A stretch of 64,000 nucleotides of DNA from Octopus sinensis (Eukaryota), in contig NC_042999.1 of assembly GCF_006345805.1 (NCBI RefSeq), positions 33,108,001 through 33,172,000 on the forward strand. The letters are read 5' to 3'. Both the position numbers and the translations under genes were made by a program. This document shows, piece after piece, positions 40,660-52,065 of the stretch; position 1 is the stretch's first letter, and each line of letters begins with the position of its first letter. The notes beneath the pieces are model-generated. The model searched no databases, was not told the DNA's origin, and was given only the letters and a program-made list of their open reading frames with translations.

Positions 40660-40800
40660 TATTTCCTTGTATTCCTTTCAGTTGAAGAGCGAAAGCTCGA
40701 AACGCAAAATACTTTCTCACCTTCGCGAGCGTCAAACTCATACACCTACTTATTGTTTATACACCCGTCTTCGTCTTGTGTTCTCCGGTAAATTTTAACT
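40657..40800 (+). mobile_element. ~145-bp (TA)n-embedded mini-element with a degenerate hammerhead motif
   Basis: Flanked by (TA)n. ttt-CAGTTGA-agagc(gaaa)gctc-GAAA-cg-CA-aaa at 40676-40709. Confidence 0.5.
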
Positions 40801-40840
40801 ATATATGTATGTATGTGTCTGCGTATCATGTATACACGTG

Positions 40841-40872
<32 letters not shown>

Positions 40873-41434
40873 TATAATTATATATATATTTCTCACGCGT
40901 TCATGCGTTTAGTAACGTACCAACTCATTATAAAGAGTTATCCTTCCGAATGCATACAAAGTGTTTCCTTTTAAATCAACGCTTAATTTCCTTCTTACAT
41001 TTTCGATGATTATGTATTGCAAACGAATGCATGCATGTTTTAAATTTATGGAAATTTTATGAGGTACTCAACTTAATCTTTGATCTAACATGCTGTAATT
41101 TTGTCTACGGTAAATGCATTTCCTCGTAACTTGTGTTAGATTCTAATATAATTACCTGGCGAAAAAGTATACTTTCCGATATAAATGTCATTCATACGAT
41201 GGTTTGTGCAATATGTTTTTACATACGTTGTGAATGTTGAGAATAAAGTATGGCATATTTCCTTCACTGTACTTGTAGACATATACGTCCATGCACACAT
41301 ATGTATGCGCTATGGATTTTGGCATATATGTATATACATACACACACAAAAATACACACATACAAACACACACATGTATGTATATATATGTATGTGGGGG
41401 GGCGTATAAACTTATACAGAGAAAAAGAGAAAGA

Positions 41435-41435
41435 A

Positions 41436-41485
<50 letters not shown>

Positions 41486-41487
41486 GT

Positions 41488-41530
<43 letters not shown>

Positions 41531-41540
41531 GTATATATAT

Positions 41541-41608
<68 letters not shown>

Positions 41609-41650
41609 ATAGATAGATAGATCGATAGATATATACATAGATAGATAGAT
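41435..41650. repeat. (TA)n + (GATA)n microsatellite
   Basis: Seen directly in sequence. Confidence 0.95.
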
Positions 41651-42147
41651 AGAGGCAAACACTTATACCATCTACATTCGGTTAAATTTTGTTGTTGTTT
41701 CGACATATGGGTTTAAGTGTATGTATTCATATATATGCTGATTTATTTGTTGTGGTTGGAACAAATTACATTAATAGCTATGTCTTCACTCTTTATAATA
41801 TTTGTTGAGAACTACGTTGCCTACATAGTTACAAGGAATCTTAACACGTCTCAAGCATCAAAGATGGCAAGATCACGAGCTAAGTCACGAGCAGTGAAAA
41901 ACAAAGAAATTATCCTCTGTATTCTACTCTCATTAATTTTTCTCTCTCTGAAGCCGATCTTTGTACAAAATTTTAGATTACACAATCTCTCCAACAAGTT
42001 CATTGTACGCATATTGCAGATATTATTAATTAAATGATGCAAGACATGGCAACATATGTTCATGCGAATCTCAATGGAGACATCTTGACAGATTCTCTCT
42101 CTCCCTCACTCACTCTCTCCCTGTATGTATATATTTATACATACATA

Positions 42148-42221
42148 GTCGATTTGCTCGACTAAAGGCGGTGATCCAGCATCGCCGCAGTCAAATGACT
42201 GAAACAAGTAAAAGAGTAAAA

Positions 42222-42224
<3 letters not shown>
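42148..42224 (+). mobile_element. Family A SINE 3' tail
   Basis: gctcgactaaaggcggtg...cgcagtcaaatgactgaaacaagtaaaagagt matches 35600-35680. Confidence 0.85.
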
Positions 42225-42265
<41 letters not shown>

Positions 42266-42589
42266 TATATATATTATTTATTTATTTATTTATCTGTAGT
42301 ATACATTTGAATCAAAGTATTTTGATATTCAAAATTCGGATATATTCATAGACGTAGATAAGCAGGTACTTAAACACATCACAATACACATACATGTACA
42401 TGAAATGGTATACCCATAAACAGCGACATGCAGTTTCATAATTCAATGGAAGTCCGAGAACAAACGTAGGGAAACTTCCAGACATGGTGTTTAAATAAAG
42501 AACACAAATGGGTTAATACCCACATAGCTTTTTACGATTTTTTTATTGAACAACTAGCAGATCCTCTGGTTTAAAATTGCATAGTTTTT

Positions 42590-42692
42590 TATTCCTTTAC
42601 TTGCTTCGATTATGTGACTGAGGCCATGCATTTAGGCGAAGAATTCGACCCAATAATTTAGGCTTTGTTACCCTAGTACATATTCTATCGGC
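42590..42692 (-). mobile_element. Family A SINE 3' part, decayed
   Basis: ctttacttgcttc...tgactgaggccatgc...tcgaccc...ctagtacatattctatcgg resembles 59710-59825. Confidence 0.65.
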
Positions 42693-42696
42693 ATAT

Positions 42697-42745
<49 letters not shown>

Positions 42746-43034
42746 ATATGTATATATGTATATATATTTATATATATTTATGTACATACATATATACACA
42801 CATATACATACATATATACATATATACACATACGTCTATACATATAAATGCATGTATATACGTTTTTACATCATATATATATGTACATATATATATGTAT
42901 GTATGTATGCATACATGTATACCTGTATATATATATATATATATATATATATTAATAAATGAAATAAAACATATGCATATATATAAACACATATGTACGT
43001 ACCTACCTCTACATGTACATATACACGCATATAT

Positions 43035-43315
43035 GAGTACAGGACACCAAAGGGACGTCGAACACAAAGAGAAACGAAAACATAGACACAAACCAAAGGA
43101 ACTGGACATTTTTTTAAAACAACAAAAAATAGAGTACAGGACAATTAACACAACGAAAAAACTCCTTCTTCAGTCGCTAAGGTTTCATCTACTCTACGAT
43201 TCGAAGGATAAAAGCGAGACGTATCTTCGACAAGAAACTTTCCTTCCTGCGGAAAGCAAATCAATTAAAATTCTGAGATCTTTTCGCAGAGGGGTACAAA
43301 ATAGTTTAAAAAATG
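43035..43315 (-). mobile_element. Unclassified TA-embedded dispersed repeat, related to 49957-50220
   Basis: Reverse complement is collinear with 49957-50220 (aatttt..aattt gc...ggaagg..gtttc...gaaa...gaagaagg...tgtactct...aaaaatgt...gtcctgtac). Confidence 0.7.
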
Positions 43316-43319
43316 TATG

Positions 43320-43420
<101 letters not shown>

Positions 43421-43422
43421 TA

Positions 43423-43711
43423 CTAGGTTCAGTATCAATAGTGAAACTTTTAAACCTGAAAATATAATCTCACATTAAAATAGAGATGTTTCACTTTTGG
43501 CGCGTAATACGTAAAGAGATTCCGAGATAAGAAATAACTCCGGGCTCGTTTTACCAAGTATTTGAAAAGTTCTCTGGTCCATGACATTGCAGGGACCCTC
43601 AGTAATTCATGTGTTAAATTTGAATGAAATCGGTTGGGAATTTCTCGAGTTTAATGATGCATACATAGGCAAAAATACTGACACACGTGTTCAGTTTTAT
43701 GTACGTATAGA
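43423..43711 (-). mobile_element. Possible non-autonomous Helitron
   Basis: Minus-strand start A|TCTATACGTACATAAAA at 43711; CTAG|T at 43423-43426. No clear subterminal GC hairpin. Confidence 0.4.
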
Positions 43712-44766
43712 TATTTCGATTACTTCTTGTTAACCGCTTTCTTCAGCCGAATTAAAATTTACAATTTGGTTCGAAATAAAAAACACCAGATATGGAATGT
43801 GGATTTGTACCCTCATTTCTGCAGCTGATAAGAGAGTGAAGACAGGCAGAGGGTTAGTTAGATTTCAAATATCTATTAGCCAAAGATTAATCAACAGGTA
43901 ATGCTACATTAAAATAATTCCTTTAAAGAGACGGTTATTAATAGATGATAAGAGGAAGACAGAGAGGAAACAATAGGGAGGAGAGGTGATGAGAGGTAGA
44001 CGACGATATATACATATATAAGAATAATTATTCATGTAAATACATACTTATATTGATGTATAAATTAATGTTGCTGTTTTATGTTCAGTTATAATAAAAG
44101 CAAGTTTACATTAATGTAAGTGCATACTCTATACGTTTGTAGACTACAAATTCATTATTTTTAAATAAGAATATGGTTGACAGTTAACAGCAGCTTGGCG
44201 TACCTGAATAATGATACCTTCTTTCCAAATAAACACCAGATCTACTCTTAATAGCAAAAGTAAAGAAACTGAACAGTAAATTATTTGTGAAAGTCTAAAA
44301 AGCCCCATTATCAAAACAGATTTACATACCCAATTAATAGATTTTCCAATACTGGACATTGAACCTTTGACATTACATTGCCAAAGGATCAAATCCAATA
44401 AAATCAAAAATAACTAAAATTAAAAATTACTAAAACGACTGACCTGCCAAAGGGGACACACCTAAAAATGCACACCTGTTTACAAATTTCTACATAGATT
44501 AATGAATTCCAAACAATAATATAACCCAAATTTAATGAATATTTCTCGAAAACACCCCCACCCCCACCGAGAGCAACTCACATTAGAACCGAATTGCACT
44601 CAAACCTACACACTCAAGGAAGATTTAAACACAACAATGATTATATAAAGCCAAGGGTAACTTCAGTGCATCGCTCGACAGAGTCTTAACTGGCCGAAAC
44701 TTCGAACTCACCGTCAATGTTTAAGAATACTATATATATATATATATTATATATATATATATATAT

Positions 44767-45064
44767 GACGTGACGTGACCGACCAGACCATCAAGATGTT
44801 TTACACATCGCTGGTCACAATGCGTTCGCATTGTTTTAGCCTTCGAATGACGCCACCCCGCTGGCTAAGCAAGCAGGCCAACAGAAGAAATAGGGAAAGA
44901 AAGAGTGGTGAAAGAGTACAGCAGGGATCACCGCCCCCTGACGGAGCCTCGTGGAGCTTTTAGGTGTTTTCGCTCAATAAACACTCACAACGCCCGGTCT
45001 GGGAATCGAAACCGCGATCCTACGACCCTGAGTCCGCTGCCCTAACCACTAGGCCATTGCGCCT
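44767..45064 (-). mobile_element. tRNA-derived SINE family B, full length, tail variant 2
   Basis: Head ggcgcaatggcctagtggttagggcagcggactc...ggtttcgattccc with A and B boxes; tail (gtcac)n. Confidence 0.92.
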
Positions 45065-45169
45065 CCACACACACACACACACACACACACACCACACGCA
45101 TATATATATATTTATATATATATGTAATAATATATATATATATATATGTATGTGTATATATGTATATAT

Positions 45170-45256
<87 letters not shown>

Positions 45257-45394
45257 ATATATACATACATACATACATAAATACATACATACATACAAAC
45301 ATACATACGCACACATACTATCGTATTTATGTAAATATGTGTGTATCATGTATTTAACTATTGATAAACAGATGGAAAGAAAACAAAGAAAGCA

Positions 45395-45512
45395 ATATTG
45401 GTTTCGAACTTTGGCACAAGGTTTGGAATTTTGCGGGTGGGGGTGAAGTCGATTAAACTGACTACAGTAATCACTTAGTATTTATTTTATCGATCCGGAA
45501 CGAATGATAGGC
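45395..45512 (-). mobile_element. SINE family C 3' part, decayed
   Basis: Reverse complement gcctatcattcgttccggatcgataaaataaatacta...taatcgacttcacccc resembles family C core and tail. Confidence 0.6.
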
Positions 45513-46957
45513 AGTTTTTTTTTTTCTTAGGTAGTTGTAATTAATGAAGTTAAATATATCGCATTGCTTTTCTGCAGTTCAAACCAGAATGGTAAAAAAG
45601 TTCTCCCCGGAAGTGTAGACGAAATTGATTTGACGTTCAATCGTCAAATTTACAAAAGTTAATCAACGAAAAAACTGTGATCATACACAATTCCGTGTGT
45701 TTAAAGCAAAAAAAAAAAACGGGATATTAAATAATATATCTGACCAAGAATCGTATTCTGTTATAATTCGGGTATGTCTCATCTGAGATGAGGCAATTAC
45801 GATAAAAAATATTACATTCTATGATTCGGTTATCCTTGAGTTATTTAGTGTCTATTGCTAAAGGATATCGAAAATTTTTCTCACTGTAAATAAACATTAA
45901 AATACCTTTCATTCCACAGACAGAAGAGAAAAGAAGCCAGTATAATAGATCATTTTTTTTTACTTATAAACAACCATTTTTAAAATTTTGTCTGCACACA
46001 TATTAACAGCATTACGTAATGATATTGGAAATATTGGTGCAATTTCGGCCATTATTAAAACAAAGCAAAATGTCTCATCCACGGGGAAAATAATTTAACA
46101 ACGCAGGATAATAATAACTATATTCCAAATTACGTCAGTTTTCATAAATATCTCGCAAATAAATTTGTCTAATTTGTAAATCTATATGACTTACAATATA
46201 TTTCGACATGACAGCAATTATTCAGTGGAATTACGCCCCTACGAAAATTACTATCTTCTTTGCTAATTTGTACATATGGGAAAAGTTTTTGAAAACATAT
46301 TTAGCTAACTTAGGTATCGGAAATGAATGTTAACGGCACTATTGCCCTGATATCTCTAACGTCAGTTCTACATTTCTTTACTGTTTAATATGGCTAAACT
46401 CTACCAAAAAGCCATATCCAAGCTCCTACATACGAGGGAAAGGGAGCAAACTATATTTTAAAATTATATATATGGCTACCAGTATTATGACCTTTATTTA
46501 GACTTTATTGGACTTTATTTGGATATGCGCGAGATATCCAAATAAAACGGATTCTTCTTTCAGTCGGAAACATGAAATTTAAGATTGTGCTCTTGTTTAG
46601 GAAGTCATGAACTGTTAATGAAATCATATTGAAAATTAATTAGGTTTATGAAAGATTTCCGTTGAGACACACTAGAGGTATTTTGTTCTAAATTGAAACG
46701 GAATTATATTCTAAAATGCTACATAGATATACACAGATAACTAGTAATAGGAGCAAATGTAATCTGCAAGGCGAGAATACTGCAACAAAGTTAAAATCCA
46801 GTTGTTCTTCAATAAAGTTGAAAGATCAAGCCTCTATCAAAGCATACAAGTTATCTAAGGACAGCGTTATAAATATAGGCTGAGTAATACTCAACAGTGC
46901 CGTAACTTTTGCAAACTGATCGGTCAAACGCGTTGTCCACAACAGAAGAATTAAATA

Positions 46958-47100
46958 CTAGCAGGACCCGTGGTAATTCCATGATCTAAGGCTACACATC
47001 TGAAAAGTTTATGTTCGTATATTAGACTCGAGCAAGGAGTTTGAAAAAGTACTTTTGATACACTGACATTTAATAACATCTGTGCTTTTAAATATATAAG
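46958..47100 (-). mobile_element. Small non-autonomous Helitron-like element (~143 bp)
   Basis: Minus-strand 3' end catgg-aatta-ccacg hairpin + ggtcctg-CTAG|T; 5' end cttatatatttaaaag. Confidence 0.5.
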
Positions 47101-47324
47101 TAAATGAATTTCGAATGTACAGCATATTTAATACGAATGGCAGATATGAAGTGCTTTTGAGGTTAAGGAAATAGGAAATGAATTACAACGATACAAATAT
47201 AACATTTATTCACATATATTGAATAAAAGTTTATGGTTTACAATCTTTATTGCATATTTATGAAGTAAATAAATAAATATAACCAATATTTCATATGGTT
47301 ATGATATGTACATACGGTAGAAGC

Positions 47325-47728
47325 ATGTTTAGCCCTTTGTGGGTAGTAAAGAAATAGGTATTTCGTCTGCCGTTACGTCCTGATATCCAATTCCGTCGAG
47401 GTCGACTTTGCCTTTCATCATTTTTGGGTCGATTAAATAAGTACCAATAACGTACTGGGGTCGATGTAATCTCTTTGTCTCTCCTTCTTTGTCCCCTCTG
47501 TGTTTAGCCCCTTGTTGGCAATAAAGAAATAAGAAACGTTAGCACGCCGGGCGTAATGCTTAGCCGTATTTCGTCTGTCTTTATGTTCTGAGTTCAATTT
47601 CCGTCGATTTTGCCTTTCATCCTTTAGAAGTCGAGGAATTAAGTATTAGTTGCATACTGGAGTCGATCTAATCGACCGGCCTCCTCTCTCAAAATACCGG
47701 GCCTTGTACCTTCAGTAGAAAAAGAAAA
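47325..47728 (+). mobile_element. Family C SINE head-to-tail concatemer (tail fragment + two units)
   Basis: Repeated gtatttcgtctg...gactttgcctttcatc...gtcga...aagtacca. Junctions at ~47345-47362 and 47520-47546. Confidence 0.9.
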
Positions 47729-49956
47729 AGACAAAGACAAAATTTGAACTAGTTTAAACGTGTATGAAATATGCACTGTACGTATTGTCAGAAAATACTT
47801 TACAAATAGCGTGAACTGGATGTTATATGAATGACGTACGTATTAGATGGGATTGATAAAAATTTAGATTTACTCACTCAACATTTCCTTATACAGAATG
47901 TTTTTGTAAAGGATTTACATTTTTGTTTGCCTTGTCAGTTGCTTTCAACTGCTCTTACTGCAATATCAGACAATTTCTTGGCACTAGAAAATGCCACGTG
48001 GGTGAACACAAGATGTGGCAAATATATTCCAGTTTTGTTAAAATGTTTGTTCCTGTGCTTCATTTATTGTCAAATAATAGGAGGGATTTACAGGTAACTG
48101 AAATATTTCCCAGATGAAAGGAAGGCTGGAGTCATTTGAGGCCAAATTCATGCGCGGTATAACAAAGTGCATTCCTTGTTGTGCAGTTCTTATTGAACTG
48201 TCTTCACTAAGCAAGGAATACATATGAAACACAGAAGATTGGCTAACGTTATGTGTGGAAACCAGAAGAATTTAATCTATAACGTTGATCGAAATTGCTA
48301 ATAGGGTACTTATCCTTTATGATAAAGAAAAGGAAAATTGCAATGGAAGGTTGCCATTTCCAAACTAACTTGTCACAACAAAATTAAACTTTAGCATAGA
48401 AAAGTAGAATACGGAACTTTTACATTAAATTCGTTCATTTGGGTTATATAAATGTATTGTTAATACAAAATGCCGTAATTGCCAGAGCTCAAATCAAGTC
48501 ATGTCTACTAGACTCAAATAAGAATGGCATAGTGCTCATATCCGCAAAATATTTGCAATATATGTCTTTCTGCATCTGTTCTCAGATCATTTCTTTTCAC
48601 GTTTCGATAATATACGACATTTCGAAATTTTTGTGGCAGTTCATAGTTCCGATTCTCTGACTCGGGGGTTCGATTTTGGCTCTAGAGGAATAAGGTAACT
48701 AATTAAAATGAAAGTAACTCAACCCATTTCAAGGAGAACATTTTCAGTAATTTTACCTGAAATTGCTACGAGCAGTGTGTGTCGAAACTGCAACAAATAA
48801 CAACCGATGAAAGAAAGTTACAATTGGGGGGCGAACATAAAATCTAAATCAAGAACGGGTACAGAACAAATGATGAATTAATAAATATAAGCAAGCAATA
48901 GAGAGTAGCAAATTATACATGTACTATTTAGAAACCTCTCCAGAACTATATATATTATAGTCCAGCTTACTCTTCTGCTAATTTTCAAAAGTATTCTAAT
49001 TTTTTTGAGGTATTCAATAATATTTCTAGTTTATTATTTATTTTCTATAACTCTTAATTGTTATAATTATTAATCTATAGGTTTAGAATTGTCTTGTTAT
49101 ATTTTATTAAATTCACTATCCGACTTATTTTTAATTTTATCTTATTAAATGTATTCTTACTCTTTAACTCCCAAAATGTTTATTTTTGTTAGATTAATTC
49201 AAATTCATTACTTGTTCTTTTTCTAATATACTTAATTCATATTCTAGATAAATGCAAAAGTATACACTAACATATATACAATCATACAACGCACACACAC
49301 GCACATTTACACACATGCACACTCATGCACTCACATACATACTTATGTGTGCTATTTATTGGAGGCAGCTGTGCATCGTTAACTAGCTAGAGGAGATGTT
49401 CTCTTGGGGTTCAAAGAACGTAAAAGAGTCAGTTCGAACAGACAACCGAGTTGAAGTAGCTACGAATATTACTCGTCACTAAAAGTAATGCGCTCATCTC
49501 TTACATTGATTTTAGAAATAGCGTATTTGCTTATATATAAATATATATATATGCGCACTTCTAACTTCTACTAATTCTCCTCTGTCTATCTCTCTCCCTC
49601 TCTTGTTCTTCATCCTTTCTGGTTTTCTCTCCCAACATTCCCTATTCTTCTCATTTCCTCTTCACCGTTCCCTCGCTCTTATTCCTCCTCCTCGACTCTC
49701 TCGTCACTGACACGCGACCAGAGGGAAGCTATCTTTCCAACTACTATCTTCACCGAGACAAGACGGCTTATACTGTCCCTCTCATAAGCTGTCTCCTTAA
49801 TGCGTTCAAAATAATTTTTCCATCGTCTTGGCTTAACAACCCTCATCGTTTGTTTTTATTGTGCTATTCTCTTTGTCCTGTCTTTTACTGTTTTTACTTG
49901 TATTGTTTTTGCTGTCTTGTTTTGTTCTTACTTTCCTGTTCTTGTTACCACTTTTA

Positions 49957-50220
49957 CCCCTCCACAAATATCCCAAATTTTATTTAATTTGCATTGCGGG
50001 AAGGGCTGTTTCAACGAAGTCGCGTCCTGTCCTTACCTCCGCAACGCGGAGTGGACGAAATAGAGACAACGGAAGAAGGGGAATGTTCCTTGTGTTGTAT
50101 GTCATGTACTCTGTTGTTTCGTTGTTTGAAAAAATGTTCGTTTCCATGTTTTGTTTTTTATGTTCTTGTATCTCATTGTTTTCTGTATATATACATGCAT
50201 ATATGTCCTGTACCCATATA
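49957..50220 (+). mobile_element. Unclassified dispersed repeat, related to 43035-43315
   Basis: Collinear with the reverse complement of 43035-43315; followed by (TA)n. Confidence 0.7.
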
Positions 50221-50223
50221 TGC

Positions 50224-50280
<57 letters not shown>

Positions 50281-50344
50281 GATGTAGGTATGTACATATA
50301 TGCATATATTTATATATTATTATATTATATTATATATATATATT

Positions 50345-50600
50345 ATCTATCTAAACTTGAAGATTATAGCGATTACCATGCAATGACTAAGGGAAAGAGT
50401 CTAATAATGGGACATATAAGCCCTTGACAGAAAAAAGGAGGTTTTTCCCATCCGTCTGGGACTCGAACACACATCGCTCTAAGTTTGTTACCATTACACT
50501 AAGAAAGTATATTCAATAATGGGGCTTATGTGACCCATTAGTAGACTATTGTCCGTAGTTATTGCACGATGATCGCCATAATCTTTAAGCTTATATAAAT
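50345..50600. mobile_element. MITE-like element with ~79-bp imperfect TIRs enclosing a tRNA-like core
   Basis: 50345-50423 vs reverse complement of 50522-50600 align without gaps at roughly three-quarters identity. Minus-strand spacer has tagtgtaatggt and gttcgagtccc. Confidence 0.75.
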
Positions 50601-50644
50601 ACCATTATTAACTACGGATAACTACGGCCAAAGTACTGGGAGCA

Positions 50645-50758
50645 CTGAAGAAATGGCTTTACGCCCAACAGAGAATTTTCTTTGATGGAATATGCAATAT
50701 TGTGGACCACTGGAAGTCCTGCATAGGAGAAATATGATGAGTCTATTTCGAAAAATAA
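50645..50758 (+). pseudogene. Mariner transposase C-terminal remnant
   Basis: LKKWLYAQQRIFFDGICNIVDHWKSCIG...YFEK* resembles the mariner C-terminus W...Q..FF..GI..LV.RW.KC...GDY.EK*. Confidence 0.6.
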
Positions 50759-51251
50759 AGTCATTGTTCAGCCCCTGGTTTTGATTTAATAAATTACAGT
50801 AACAATAGCATATATAATTTTCTACGCATCTATGTCAATGTGTATGTGTGAGTGTCTGTATATGAGCCCTTGATGCTGCATATATTCATGTATTCACACA
50901 GAGGACATTTAACAAAGAGTATTTGAGCACATTTGTCTGCACTAAAGGTGACGATTCGGCAGAACAGGTGATTACACGGGAATGATCTAAGTCACATATG
51001 TACAGATATGTAAGATAGATATTTCAACAGTGAAGCCTTCGATGAAATGGCAATAATGAGAAAGTCTTAGAAAGTTAAGCGAAAACGGCATTCTGTAAGT
51101 ATATACAAACCGCATACCAAAATTTGAACACGTCATTAAAGCTAATAAATATCTTCCCTGAAAATGGTTGGAAATTACTGATGTTTAAAGTTAGCAATCA
51201 GGACACTAATTGATGGATGTTAACATCAAATATACTGTAATACCAATTATG

Positions 51252-52065
51252 TTAACACCAAGCAGTGCTATTTTCTGCGAGTGCTCTACCCATATTGCAG
51301 CCCATATTTGTTCCACGTACCTCTCGAGACTTTTGCTCACTCTTCTCAGGGCTCCGACAATTATTAGTACTACTGTTACGTCTTTCATCGACCACAACTG
51401 CTTTCCTTCCCAAGCTAACCTGTCATATCTCTCGACTTTTCTTCCTTACCACGTAACTTGTTGTCCGCTAGGCATGCTATATTTATGCTCCAGCATAATT
51501 TATTTTCTTTCTCAATTAAGACTATGTCTGGCTTCCTATTCTCTATCTCATGTTTGCACTGAATCATAAAATCCCATAGGATCGTTGCGCTCTTATTTTC
51601 GGGTTTGTGGTTGTATCAACTTTTTTCTCTGTGAAATCCATACCTGTTGCAAATTGTCCAATGTACAAGCCTTGCTATATTGCCGTCGCGTCTCTTATAT
51701 TATTTCTGGGCTGGTAACATGTCATACGGTTTCACCCTTTTCTCCACAGAGTTTGCACTTATCACTTTCTGATGTGTTGTCTATTCTGTATTTTATGTAG
51801 TTTGTTCTTAGTACTTGCTCTTAGGCAGCACAGATTAGAAACCCCATTTCGGTTTTAAATCACTTTTAGTCATCCACAGCTATCTTTTTTCTCAGTCTGT
51901 CTGATCTTCAACATCCCTATGAAATTGACCATACATTCTTTTCTTTACCCATCCTTTTTCAGTTCCATTCATTTTCAATTTCTTGTACAGTGCTTGCTTT
52001 ATCTTTGCAATCTTTCATCCTACACAAGCTTAACCTTCTTACTTATAATAATAGCGGTTCTAGAG
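51252..52065 (-). mobile_element. R4/Dong-type LINE fragment, same subfamily as 19955-21295
   Basis: Minus strand MWSMKDVTVVLIIVGAL...QKIALLG; collinear with 20400-21190. Both ends truncated. Confidence 0.88.

Noticed and set aside
41717-42063. Overlapping 106-aa (+) and 70-aa (-) ORFs
   Set aside because: No domain motif in any frame; I could not support a transposase or exon call.
43150-43240. CTGAAGA and GAAAC on the minus strand suggesting a hammerhead
   Set aside because: The motifs are in the wrong order and spacing for stems I and III, and the related 50-kb copy does not keep CTGA.
45000-45064. tRNA gene-like heads here and at 35267, 60040-60106 and 63144
   Set aside because: They continue into SINE bodies and lack complete cloverleaf pairing; they are SINEs, not tRNA genes.
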